Shown: positions 1 to 8,462 of the stretch, piece after piece
Layout: each line of letters starts with the position of its first letter
How positions within the stretch are numbered: the stretch's first letter is position 1
Origin: an uncultured Lentisphaeraceae bacterium
Lineage (GTDB): Bacteria > Verrucomicrobiota > Kiritimatiellia > RFP12 > UBA1067
DNA: 42,673 nt
Assembly (NCBI GenBank): GCA_964428885.1
Contig: CAYRZP010000003.1
Coordinates: 1 to 42,673 of the forward strand
Reading direction: 5' to 3'
Position numbers and translations under genes: made by a program
The notes under the pieces: generated by a model
The model's input: the letters and a program-made list of their open reading frames with translations, nothing else
Told to the model about the DNA's origin: nothing
Databases searched by the model: none

Positions 1-716
1 ATGGAGGCGGCGCCGTGCTCCTTCAGGATCTTGGCTGCCGCACACAGCGTGCCGCAGGTCGTGACCATGTCATCAACCATGATCACATCACAGCCCTCGA
101 CGTCGCCTACGACGCTGAAGGCGTCCACTTCCGCGTCTCCCACGCGCTGCTTCGCCACAATCGCCAGGCCCGCGCCCAGCATTTGTGAATAAGCGTAAGC
201 CACTTTTGCCCCTCCGGTATCGGGCGACACGACGAGCGGCTTATTCAGCTTCATTTCGCGCAGGTGCTTCACCATCACCGGCGCGGCGTACAGGTGGTCG
301 ACGGGGATATCAAAAAATCCTTGTATCTGCTGCGAATGCAGGTCCATGGTCAGCACGCGGTTGGCCCCCGCCGCCACCAGCAGGTTGGCGACCAGCTTCG
401 CTGTGATCGGAACGCGCGGCTGATCCTTGCGGTCCTGGCGCGCGTAACCGTAATAAGGCAAGACGGCGGTTATGCGCGAAGCCGAGCCGCGGCGGGCGGC
501 GTCCATCATGATCAGCAGCTCCATCAGCATCTCGTTCGGCTGCCGGCAGATCGGCTGGACCATAAAGACATCCATGCCGCGCACGTTGTCGACGATCTTC
601 ACGTGGGTCTCGCCGTCCGGAAACCGGCGTATGCTTATGTCCCCCAGCCGCCCTCCCAAAAAGGACATGATCTTTCCGGCCAGAGGCTGATTAGCTGTTC
701 CAGAAAAAACTATCAT
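1..716 (-). CDS. prs: Ribose-phosphate pyrophosphokinase (PRPP synthetase), 3' end outside window
   Basis: Absent from the ORF track because it runs off the left edge. My translation of the minus strand from the ATG at 716-714 reads MIVFSGTANQPLAGKI..RRFPDGETHVKI..VLPYYGYARQDRKD..DLHSQQIQGFFDIPVDHL..GDVEGCDVIMVDDMVTTCGTL. These are the canonical Prs blocks, including the PRPP-binding loop. Confidence 0.9.
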   Translation of the reverse strand, partial: MIVFSGTANQPLAGKIMSFLGGRLGDISIRRFPDGETHVKIVDNVRGMDVFMVQPICRQPNEMLMELLIMMDAARRGSASRITAVLPYYGYARQDRKDQPRVPITAKLVANLLVAAGANRVLTMDLHSQQIQGFFDIPVDHLYAAPVMVKHLREMKLNKPLVVSPDTGGAKVAYAYSQMLGAGLAIVAKQRVGDAEVDAFSVVGDVEGCDVIMVDDMVTTCGTLCAAAKILKEHGAAS

Positions 717-762
717 GATGTCATCGTCGCCTTCCGCTCATTCAAACCAAAAACAATCATAA

Positions 763-836
763 TGGTTGCCCGGGGTGGATTCGAACCACCTCTGAGAGAG
801 TCAAAGTCTCTTGTGCTGCCATTACACCACCGGGCA
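763..836 (-). tRNA. tRNA-Gln (anticodon UUG), CCA encoded
   Basis: The minus strand reads TGCCCGG-TG-GTGT-AATGGCA-GCAC-A-AGAGA-CTTTGAC-TCTCT-CAGA-GGTGG-TTCGAAT-CCACC-CCGGGCA-A-CCA (74 nt). This gives a 7-bp acceptor stem, 4-bp D stem, 5-bp anticodon stem with loop CT-TTG-AC, and a T arm with the TTCGAAT loop. Confidence 0.85.
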
Positions 837-1817
837 GGTTCGCACCACAACGTGCCATAAGCCGGCTTCCAGTTTCCGGCTTACCTCCTGTCCGTGGATT
901 TCGTCACGCACCAGACCAAAGACGGAAGCGCCGCTCCCGGAAAGCAAAACTCCCAAACAGCCCGCTTTTTCAAGCAGCCTGGCTGTTCTGGCGATTACAG
1001 GGAAACTTTCGTACACCGCCGTTTGCAATCCGTTGTGAAGCGCCTTCGCCGCAGCCGACACGTCGCTGGCCCGGATAGAAGAAACCATATTATGGAGAAT
1101 CGTGTGGCCAACCGTCAAGCCCGCTCTCCACTTTCTGAAAATCTCAGGTGTGGAGCACATCACTCCGGGATTCGCCAGCACCAGCCAGAACCCGTCGCCA
1201 GCCGCCAGCGGCCCGTCGCAAAACAAACCGCTGACCCGCTCGCCGCGCCCTTCCATCAGCACCGCCCCGCCATGCACAAGCGCGGGCACGTCGCAGCCCA
1301 CCTCCGCGCCGACCGCCATCAGTTCTGCCGACGGGGCGCCAAGTCCCCAAAGCCGGTCAAGCCCCCGGATCACCCCCGCCGCGTCGGCGCTGCCGCCGCC
1401 CAGGCCGCCGCCGATCGGAATGCGCTTGTGAATGTGGATGCGCACCCCGGCGTCCACCCGATACCGCTCCTGCATCAGGCGCGCCGCACGGAAAGCGAGG
1501 TTCTTGTCGGCGGGACAGAGTTTACTCACATCCACGCCCGCCTCGGAAGTCACGGTTATCACGGTTTGCGCGTATGTGGAGGTCAAGGAGAGGCTGTCTG
1601 AAAGAGTTATTGGCATCACGACGCTGCGCAGCTCGTGATAACCGTCCGGCCGCTTTCCCAAAATCTCCAGCGTCAGGTTTATCTTGGCCGGAGCCTCAAC
1701 CTTAATGGCAGAACCTGCTTTCACCATTTGGGCGTTAATTCTGCCAAAAACCTGAGGCGAGTTCAAGCGCCGTGAATCGCGGCGTTTCAATTCCGCTATC
1801 TTGCTTTTTTCCCTCAT
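822..1817 (-). CDS. ispE: 4-diphosphocytidyl-2-C-methyl-D-erythritol kinase
   Basis: Contains APAKINLTLEILGKRPDGYHEL and the GHMP-kinase loop IPIGGGLGGGSADAAG. The start is uncertain; an internal Met at 1727 (MVKAGSAIKVEAPAKINL) fits typical IspE length better. The last 15 nt, including the stop, overlap the 5' end of tRNA-Gln. Confidence 0.85.
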   Translation of the reverse strand: MREKSKIAELKRRDSRRLNSPQVFGRINAQMVKAGSAIKVEAPAKINLTLEILGKRPDGYHELRSVVMPITLSDSLSLTSTYAQTVITVTSEAGVDVSKLCPADKNLAFRAARLMQERYRVDAGVRIHIHKRIPIGGGLGGGSADAAGVIRGLDRLWGLGAPSAELMAVGAEVGCDVPALVHGGAVLMEGRGERVSGLFCDGPLAAGDGFWLVLANPGVMCSTPEIFRKWRAGLTVGHTILHNMVSSIRASDVSAAAKALHNGLQTAVYESFPVIARTARLLEKAGCLGVLLSGSGASVFGLVRDEIHGQEVSRKLEAGLWHVVVRTCPVV

Positions 1818-1902
1818 TCGCGTTTAAATGTTCTTCGGATCCGGCGTCTTATGGACACATGCAAGCCCCGGCCAACTTCTAAACAGGCACGCGGAGGTGC
1901 TT

Positions 1903-3546
1903 ATGCCACATATCGTAAGCGGCACGCTTTTCGACCCTGCCAAACAAAAACTCGGCGGCGCGCGCGTCGCTATTTCAGAAACCGGCCTGATCGAGTCCGT
2001 CACCCCTGCCGACAATCCGGACAGGGGCTTTATCCTGCCTGGCTTCGTGGACTCGCACGTCCATCTGGAAAGCTCGATGCTCACACCCGCCGCTTTCGCG
2101 CGCGCGGCTGTGGTGCACGGTACGCTCGCCGCCGTGGCTGACCCTCACGAGATCGCCAACGTCCTGGGCCGGCCGGGCGTGGAACTGATGCTGCGTCTGG
2201 CCGGCCAAACCCCTTTCGTGTTCGGCTTCGGCGTACCTTCCTGTGTGCCCGCCACGCCTTTCGAGACCGCCGGCGCGGAACTGGGGCCGGAGGCGGTCGA
2301 AAGCCTGCTGGACATGCCGGGCGTCACCCACCTGGCCGAGATGATGAACGTGCCCGGCGTATTGAACAAAGACCCGTCCGTCCTTGCCAAACTCGCCGCC
2401 GCGCACAGGCGCGGGCTGCCGGCTGACGGCCACGCACCAGGCCTCACCGGCGGCAGCCTGCGGGCTTATGCCGCCGCCGGCATCGCCACCGACCATGAAA
2501 GCCTCTGCCCGGCGGAGGCGCGCGAAAAGATCGCGGCCGGCTTGAAGATCCTGATCCGCTACGGTTCCGCCGCGCGCCAGTTCGAGAAATTCCTGCCGCT
2601 GCTCGCCGAACACCCGGACATGTGCATGTTCTGCAGCGACGACAAACACCCCGACGACCTGCTGAAAGACCATATCAACCGCATCGCGGCCGCCGCCCGC
2701 CGCCAAGGCGTCCCGCTGCCTAACATAATCAGGGCCGCCTGCGTCAATCCGGTCCGGCACTACCGCCTGCCGCTGGGTCTGCTGCAGCCCGGCGACACCG
2801 CCGACTTCCAGATCGTGGACGACCTGGACGAGTTCCGCCCGCGCGAGGTCTGGCTGCGCGGACGGCTGGTCGCGCGTGAAGGCGTCTCCCTGCTCCCGCA
2901 AGGCGCCCCCGAAATCCGCAACCGCTTCGCCGCTCAGCCGCTCGCGCCGGAAGCCCTGCGCATACCGGCCCGCGGCGCAAACAGAGTCAGAGTCATCGGC
3001 GTCCATGACGGCCTGCTGCTGACCGACCATCTGACCCTCCCGCCCTCGCTTTCAGAGGGCGCCGTCGTCGCGGACACCGGCCGCGACATCGTCAAGCTGG
3101 TCGTCTATAACCGTTACACCCCCGCGCCGCCAGCCGTGGCGCTGGCCCAAGGGTTCGGGCTCAAATGCGGCGCCATCGCCTCCAGCGTGGCCCACGACTC
3201 GCACCATATCGTCGCAGCCGGGGTCTCCGACAACGCGCTGGCCGGCGCGATCAACGCGGTGGTCAACTGCAAAGGCGGGCTGGCCGTGGCCGACGCCGGC
3301 GGTCAGCCGCTGGCGCGCCTGCCCCTGCCGCTGGCGGGATTGATTTCAACGGAACCGGCCGAGCTTGTGGCGCGCGGCTACGCGGAGTGCGACCGCCGCG
3401 CCAAAGAGCTGGGCTCCGGACTCGCAGCGCCTTTCATGACCCTCTCCTTCATGGCCCTGCCTGTGATCCCTAACCTGAAGCTCACCGACAAGGGGCTTTT
3501 CGACGGCGTCGCGTTCAGGCACGTGCCGCTCTGCGCGGACGCATAA
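1903..3546 (+). CDS. ade: Adenine deaminase (amidohydrolase superfamily)
   Basis: Shows the GFVDSHVHLESSMLTP metal-binding HxH motif with the length and layout of Ade. The ORF opens at 1828, but the ATG at 1903 is preceded by GGAGGTG at SD spacing (gcGGAGGTGcttATG). Confidence 0.8.
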   Translation: MPHIVSGTLFDPAKQKLGGARVAISETGLIESVTPADNPDRGFILPGFVDSHVHLESSMLTPAAFARAAVVHGTLAAVADPHEIANVLGRPGVELMLRLAGQTPFVFGFGVPSCVPATPFETAGAELGPEAVESLLDMPGVTHLAEMMNVPGVLNKDPSVLAKLAAAHRRGLPADGHAPGLTGGSLRAYAAAGIATDHESLCPAEAREKIAAGLKILIRYGSAARQFEKFLPLLAEHPDMCMFCSDDKHPDDLLKDHINRIAAAARRQGVPLPNIIRAACVNPVRHYRLPLGLLQPGDTADFQIVDDLDEFRPREVWLRGRLVAREGVSLLPQGAPEIRNRFAAQPLAPEALRIPARGANRVRVIGVHDGLLLTDHLTLPPSLSEGAVVADTGRDIVKLVVYNRYTPAPPAVALAQGFGLKCGAIASSVAHDSHHIVAAGVSDNALAGAINAVVNCKGGLAVADAGGQPLARLPLPLAGLISTEPAELVARGYAECDRRAKELGSGLAAPFMTLSFMALPVIPNLKLTDKGLFDGVAFRHVPLCADA

Positions 3547-3553
3547 AAAGAAC

Positions 3554-3590
3554 GGCGCGGGCTCCCGCCCGCGCCGCGCTTTCATTTTGG
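3554..3590. terminator. Probable bidirectional intrinsic terminator between convergent ade and the oxidoreductase gene
   Basis: Stem GGCGCGGGC (3554-3562), loop TCCC, stem GCCCGCGCC (3567-3575). It is followed by GCGCTTTCATTTTGG on the plus strand and preceded by AAAAAGAAC, which reads as a T-run on the minus strand. Confidence 0.6.
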
Positions 3591-3604
3591 CCGGTGGCGA
3601 CCAC

Positions 3605-4930
3605 TTATTTGCCCCAGGGCTTGCCAGGCCGCGGGAACTGTTCGTCACTGCATTCAGGCATCGGCACATCGCCGTTGGCCGCGCACGCGTCCTCGAAGTC
3701 TTTCCATGTCGGCTTACACTCGAGGCTGTAGAAGGGCGATTTCTGATTCTCCAGAATGTCTGACATGCGCACAGTCTGGCCCGTGTAAGCCGAGATGCGC
3801 CCGATAATCGCACAGGCCGTGCCCATCGCGATATTTTCGCCCTCGTTCATCACGGGAATCTCCCCGAGAAGCCCGCGCAACAGGTTTTCGTGCTCGAGCA
3901 CGTACGGGTTGCCCTCTTTGATCTTGTACACGTTGCCGTTCAGCTCGTATTTGTCGCCGCCCAAGGTGAGTGCCTCGCCGCCGACCTTCTGTATCTTGCC
4001 GCCGCCGGAAATCTCGAACTCCTCCGTACGGAAGATTTCGCCCACGAAGCTGCTTGTCCCGCCGATCTGGCGACACTGGCTGTGGATGTGGATGCCGTTG
4101 CCGTAGTCGAAGTCCACGCCGAAGAAGTCATACTGGTTACCCGAGACGCGCCGCATGCGCGCGCCGAATGCGCCCGCTGTGCGCGGATAGCGCCCGATGA
4201 ACCAGTTCGCCACGTCGATGTTGTGGACATGCTGCTCGACGATGTGGTCGCCGCTCATCTCCGTCCAGTTCACCCAGTTGCTCGCCAAATACGCGGCGTT
4301 GTTCTTGTCGCCGCGGTTGCGCACCCACGGCACCGTGCCGTTCCAGTAGACCGCGCCGCCCAGCACGTTGCCGACTTTGCCCTGCTGCAACGCCAGCGCC
4401 TGCAGGAGATACCCCTTCTGGTGGCGGCGCTGCGAGCCAGCTACGAGCGCGAGCTTCTTTTCTTTGGCAAGTCTCGCCGCCGCAAGGAACTGGCGGATGC
4501 CGGGCCCGTCCACTGCCACCGGCTTTTCAGCGAAAACGTGCTTGCCGGCCTTGACCGCCGCCTCGACGTGCACCGGGCGGAAGGCAGGCGGCGTCGCAGT
4601 CACGATGATTTCGACTTCTGGATCGGCGACCACCTTCTTGTAGCTGTTCGCATCCCACCACACCTTGTTCTCGGCCACGCCATACTTCTTGGCCGCGCCC
4701 TTCGCACGATCCTCGAAGAAGTCGCACACCGCCACGATTTTCGCCTCGTGCCCCAGGTTGCGGGCCGCCTCGATGATCTGCGCGGCCGCGCCCATGCAGC
4801 GTCCGCCCGCGCCGATCATACCCACCTTGAAGACCCTCGCTGCCCCCTGTCCTACAACAATGCTAGGCGCCGCCGCCATCATCGCCGTGAACACACCTGA
4901 CCCTTTGATGAACTCTCTACGGTTTTGCAT
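3605..4930 (-). CDS. Gfo/Idh/MocA-family oxidoreductase with twin-arginine (Tat) signal
   Basis: N-terminus MQNRREFIKGSGVFTAMMAAAP carries a Tat motif. It is followed by the Rossmann motif VGMIGAGGRCMG and an EKP motif (FAEKPVAV). GGGAGAGAGAA lies upstream of the ATG. Confidence 0.8.
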   Translation of the reverse strand: MQNRREFIKGSGVFTAMMAAAPSIVVGQGAARVFKVGMIGAGGRCMGAAAQIIEAARNLGHEAKIVAVCDFFEDRAKGAAKKYGVAENKVWWDANSYKKVVADPEVEIIVTATPPAFRPVHVEAAVKAGKHVFAEKPVAVDGPGIRQFLAAARLAKEKKLALVAGSQRRHQKGYLLQALALQQGKVGNVLGGAVYWNGTVPWVRNRGDKNNAAYLASNWVNWTEMSGDHIVEQHVHNIDVANWFIGRYPRTAGAFGARMRRVSGNQYDFFGVDFDYGNGIHIHSQCRQIGGTSSFVGEIFRTEEFEISGGGKIQKVGGEALTLGGDKYELNGNVYKIKEGNPYVLEHENLLRGLLGEIPVMNEGENIAMGTACAIIGRISAYTGQTVRMSDILENQKSPFYSLECKPTWKDFEDACAANGDVPMPECSDEQFPRPGKPWGK

Positions 4931-5006
4931 TTCTCTCTCCCTGATTAATAACCCGCCAACTAACTACCCAACTAAAAATAACACACTAACGCACTAATGC
5001 ATTCCC

Positions 5007-5966
5007 CTACGCCATCGCCCACTGCTCGCGCAGCATCGACGCCATGTTGCGGATCAGCCGCAAGCGCTCCTCTTCCGGGAGGCCTTTCTTGGGGTCAGCC
5101 GGATTTTTCGGCCACCCGCCCTCGAAGCTCACGGCCCCGCGGTAACCAAGAAGCTTGAGCCCCTTAAAGCCGTCCACATAATTGTCCGCCTGCGCATGGA
5201 CGCCGGGGATGATGCGCTCCTTGAGCCCGGCTATATGCACGTGCGTCAGCAGCTTGCCGGCGCACAGGAAGGCGCCCATGAAACTGGTTTCCTCAAGCTG
5301 CATGTGCCAGAAATCGCCCATGACCGTCGCGCCCGGCCCGATGTCCGCCGCCATGCGCGCGCCGTCAGCCACCTGCCGCAGGAACGGCGTCTCGTTGCGG
5401 CGCAGCGGCTCCAGCACGATCGAGGTGTTATGCTTGGCCGCATGCTCCGCCAGACGCTTGCCGGTGTTCTCCACAAAATCCTTGCGCAGTTCCTTGCCGC
5501 TCAAATGCCCGGGCTCGCTCAGCTTGCCGCGCGCCGGACAGATGATCAGGCCGACCGACCCGATCGCGCCCAGAGCCTCGATGACCGGCAGGAACTTCTG
5601 CACCTCGGCCTCGCGCTTCGCCTCCTCGGCGTACGAGAAGTCGCTCGGCCCGCACGCCGTGGCGATGAACAGCTTCCGGTTGCTGAGCGATTGCTTCAGC
5701 TCTTCCCCGTTCTTGATCGGCCATTCGCCCGAAGGGATCTCCACCGCCGCGAACCCGTTGGCCTCGAGAAAATCCAGCTTCTGCGCCATCTCGCCGCCAG
5801 GTATGCCCCCCCACTGCAGGCACAGGTTCAATTGCGCGGGCTGCGCCGGCGGCACCAGCTTCGGCATGGCCGCGTCGCTGCAGGCCTCAGCCGCATCCCC
5901 GCGTTTCGCACACGCCGCTCCGACACCGGCAACCGCCGTGACCGAGAGGAACTCACGTCTTTTCAT
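5007..5966 (-). CDS. Xylose-isomerase-like TIM-barrel protein (sugar phosphate isomerase/epimerase family) with Tat signal
   Basis: N-terminus MKRREFLSVTAVAGVGAA carries a Tat motif. The body resembles the AP-endonuclease-2 / xylose-isomerase-like fold (LNLCLQWGG.., VLEPLRRNET, HVHIAG). The family call is by eye. Confidence 0.65.
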   Translation of the reverse strand: MKRREFLSVTAVAGVGAACAKRGDAAEACSDAAMPKLVPPAQPAQLNLCLQWGGIPGGEMAQKLDFLEANGFAAVEIPSGEWPIKNGEELKQSLSNRKLFIATACGPSDFSYAEEAKREAEVQKFLPVIEALGAIGSVGLIICPARGKLSEPGHLSGKELRKDFVENTGKRLAEHAAKHNTSIVLEPLRRNETPFLRQVADGARMAADIGPGATVMGDFWHMQLEETSFMGAFLCAGKLLTHVHIAGLKERIIPGVHAQADNYVDGFKGLKLLGYRGAVSFEGGWPKNPADPKKGLPEEERLRLIRNMASMLREQWAMA

Positions 5967-6207
5967 AGCCCTGCCCTTTCAACGATATTATCAATTAACA
6001 CGAATTGTTTAAAACTTTACCATTCTGCCCGGCGTACGGTCAAGTCCGCTGTGCCAGCCATCAGCGTTTTACGACCCGTTGCACGGCGCGCCAGGCAGAC
6101 GTGCCCGGACGGACCGCCAACTTGCGCGATTGTGTACTTTCAAGCGGATGCCAAATCTGCTATCAATATCCTTCTTCCAAGAAACCACTCCCTGATATAA
6201 AGGCCGC

Positions 6208-7524
6208 GTGAACACAAAAGCGATTGAACAACATGGTTTCCGACTGGTCGCACAGATCCATGAGACCAGCCGCATTATCGCATGGGAAGCGGTCCAAACC
6301 GCGCTGGACCGCACCGTCATACTCCGCATACTGAAACCGGAAGCCGCCGCCGACCCTTTGTCTCTCGACTGTTTCCTGAGAATCGCACGCAGCGTTGCCC
6401 GCATCAAGACCGACGGTCTGGCTGCTGTCTTCGATATCGTGAGCGACGGGGATTTGAATTATGTGGTCGCGGAGCACGTCGACGGCCCGACCCTCGAGGA
6501 ACTAGTCGACCGGCAAGGACCACTGCCCGTTGAACAGATACTGAAAATCGCCTGGTCGATCGCGCGGGCCATCGACCAAATGTGGTCTTCAGAGCGCATT
6601 GTCCACCGCAACCTTAAAAGCGCCACAATCCGGCTGGACTCGCGGGGAATCGCCAAGATAACCGATTTCAGCCTGGCCATCCTGGCCGACAACAACGCAT
6701 TCGCGTATTCGATGGACGACGGCCACATCGTCGGCACGCCTTGTTTCCTGTCGCCAGAACAAGTCCAGCGATCGAGCACACTCACCACCTCCTCAGACAT
6801 GTACGCCTTGGGCGCTGTCTGTTATCACATGGCCACCGGACAAGCCCCTTTTGAGAGCCAAGATGTTGTCGCGATACTGAACGCGCACCTGCACGGCCAA
6901 TTGCCGCCGCCGCACCTGCTAAATACGCGGATCCCGGAGGATTTCTCGTGGTTTGTGCGGCGACTGATGATGAAAACACCGGAATTGCGTTACCGGACCT
7001 GGGAAGATGCCATCAATGACATCATCCGCATGCTTGACGGCCTGATGCCGCTGTGCGTATGCCCTTTCGACACCTCGCTCAGCACGGTCATGGACTTTGC
7101 CGAGAACGACGACGACCCCGAGGAGCAGTCCAGCCCGCGCATACGTTTGCGGCGCAACCGCAAGCTGCTTGAACTGGATGCCTACCAGTCGAAAACGATC
7201 ACCGAAGAGCACGCCAAGGATATCCGACGCGCCACCCGGTTTAAGGAGGCTTTACTCTGGGCCGTCCTGACGCTGTGGCTGCTCTTATTATTGTGGCACC
7301 GTGCCGCGTATACGACCGCCCCGGCAGAAATCTCGGACAACTCCGGAAAAGTTGTCAGAACCCCGGAGGCAAATGCGGCGGCGCCATCAGAGAACGGCGA
7401 GGACATCCGTATCTTGGCCGGGCCGTCCGAGGCGCCCGACACCGCCGAATCCTTGCCGGAAAAAGAGGGCGCGGCAGAACCTGCGATCCCTGCGGTGCCC
7501 GGGACTACTGCCCGCGATCAATGA
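6208..7524 (+). CDS. Membrane-anchored Hanks-type Ser/Thr kinase homologue, predicted pseudokinase
   Basis: The kinase fold is recognisable (VHRNLKSATIRL, ITDFSLA, GTPCFLSPEQ, DMYALGAVCYHMATGQAPF), but the catalytic residues are substituted (see finding). GTG start at 6208. One predicted TM segment (ALLWAVLTLWLLLLLW) is followed by a low-complexity tail. Confidence 0.75.
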   Translation: MNTKAIEQHGFRLVAQIHETSRIIAWEAVQTALDRTVILRILKPEAAADPLSLDCFLRIARSVARIKTDGLAAVFDIVSDGDLNYVVAEHVDGPTLEELVDRQGPLPVEQILKIAWSIARAIDQMWSSERIVHRNLKSATIRLDSRGIAKITDFSLAILADNNAFAYSMDDGHIVGTPCFLSPEQVQRSSTLTTSSDMYALGAVCYHMATGQAPFESQDVVAILNAHLHGQLPPPHLLNTRIPEDFSWFVRRLMMKTPELRYRTWEDAINDIIRMLDGLMPLCVCPFDTSLSTVMDFAENDDDPEEQSSPRIRLRRNRKLLELDAYQSKTITEEHAKDIRRATRFKEALLWAVLTLWLLLLLWHRAAYTTAPAEISDNSGKVVRTPEANAAAPSENGEDIRILAGPSEAPDTAESLPEKEGAAEPAIPAVPGTTARDQ

Positions 7525-8377
7525 CCGCCGCCGCCTTAAGCTCGTCCAGCTTGGCATAAACCAGATCCGCGCAGGCTTCTTCAAACATATTCTTTCTCAA
7601 TTCATCTTTAACTTCGTTGTACTTTAGCTTTCTCGACTCGAACCGCTGCATGACCTTGAACAGGTGCAAAGTGTCCATCCCTAAATCGATCACGTCGCTC
7701 ACCGCGCCTTCGCCCAGTTTCCAAATTTTGTCTTCCGCCTCCTGCGGCATGTCACCGCGCACCACCCTCGCGAACATCCCGTAGTCTTTACCGTAAGTGT
7801 CAGAGTGGGCCGGCAAAGCCGAATCCCAGTCAGTCTGCCGATTTTCCAGAGCCGATTTCAGAGCCAATAAATCCAGATAAATTTGCGCCTTGTCGCCCAT
7901 TTTCACAAAACGGCATATGTGCGACAGCATTAAGGCTTCAGGCGCCACAAACACTTCCGGGTGCTCGTCATAGTACGCCCGCACGGCTAGCTCATCCGGC
8001 GCCTTTGCACCCTTGCGGATCTCTTTCATCATCCGCCGCTGCTGCAGCGCCGCGCTGGCCCGCGCGAGACTCTGATCCTCCGGCAGCTTATCGTACAAAG
8101 CGCTGTTGGCCACCAGCTCATTGCGCACCCGCTCTTCTGACGGCAAGGGCTGTGACGCGATCGCCGCCTCGCGAAACAGATGGTTCTCGATCAGATCTTC
8201 AATCGCCCACTCGCGGAGCTGCGCTTCATTATGAACGCCGCCTTCTTGCCGAATATAATTCTTATAATCTTCCCGCAGCGCATCCACCTCTTCCTGAATC
8301 GCCTCCGCGCTGATTTCGACCCCGTTGACCGTTACCGCCATACGCCCACCTTCTCCAATCGCCTTCAAGTGTTTCAT
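7505..8377 (-). CDS. Parvulin/PpiC-type peptidyl-prolyl isomerase-like protein (SurA/PrsA-like)
   Basis: The N-terminus VTVNGVEISAEAIQEEV resembles the SurA-N chaperone region. The C-terminal part (LMLSHI.., YGKDYGMFARVVRGDMPQEAEDKIWKLGEGAVSDVIDLGMDTLHLFKV) resembles a parvulin domain. An alternative start lies at 8341 (MAVTVNG). The 3' end overlaps the convergent kinase-like gene by 20 nt. Confidence 0.55.
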   Translation of the reverse strand: MKHLKAIGEGGRMAVTVNGVEISAEAIQEEVDALREDYKNYIRQEGGVHNEAQLREWAIEDLIENHLFREAAIASQPLPSEERVRNELVANSALYDKLPEDQSLARASAALQQRRMMKEIRKGAKAPDELAVRAYYDEHPEVFVAPEALMLSHICRFVKMGDKAQIYLDLLALKSALENRQTDWDSALPAHSDTYGKDYGMFARVVRGDMPQEAEDKIWKLGEGAVSDVIDLGMDTLHLFKVMQRFESRKLKYNEVKDELRKNMFEEACADLVYAKLDELKAAAVIDRGQ

Positions 8378-8462
8378 GTCATTTGAAAGTCGGTATTTTT
8401 ACACTTTCCGATCGCACATTGCCATACGATAATTTATTATGCGATCTCTCATCCGGTATTCT

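Noticed and set aside
763-836. tRNA-Gln as a possible genomic-island integration site
   Set aside because: I saw no integrase, no direct repeat of the tRNA 3' segment elsewhere in the window, and housekeeping genes (ispE, prs) flank it on both sides.
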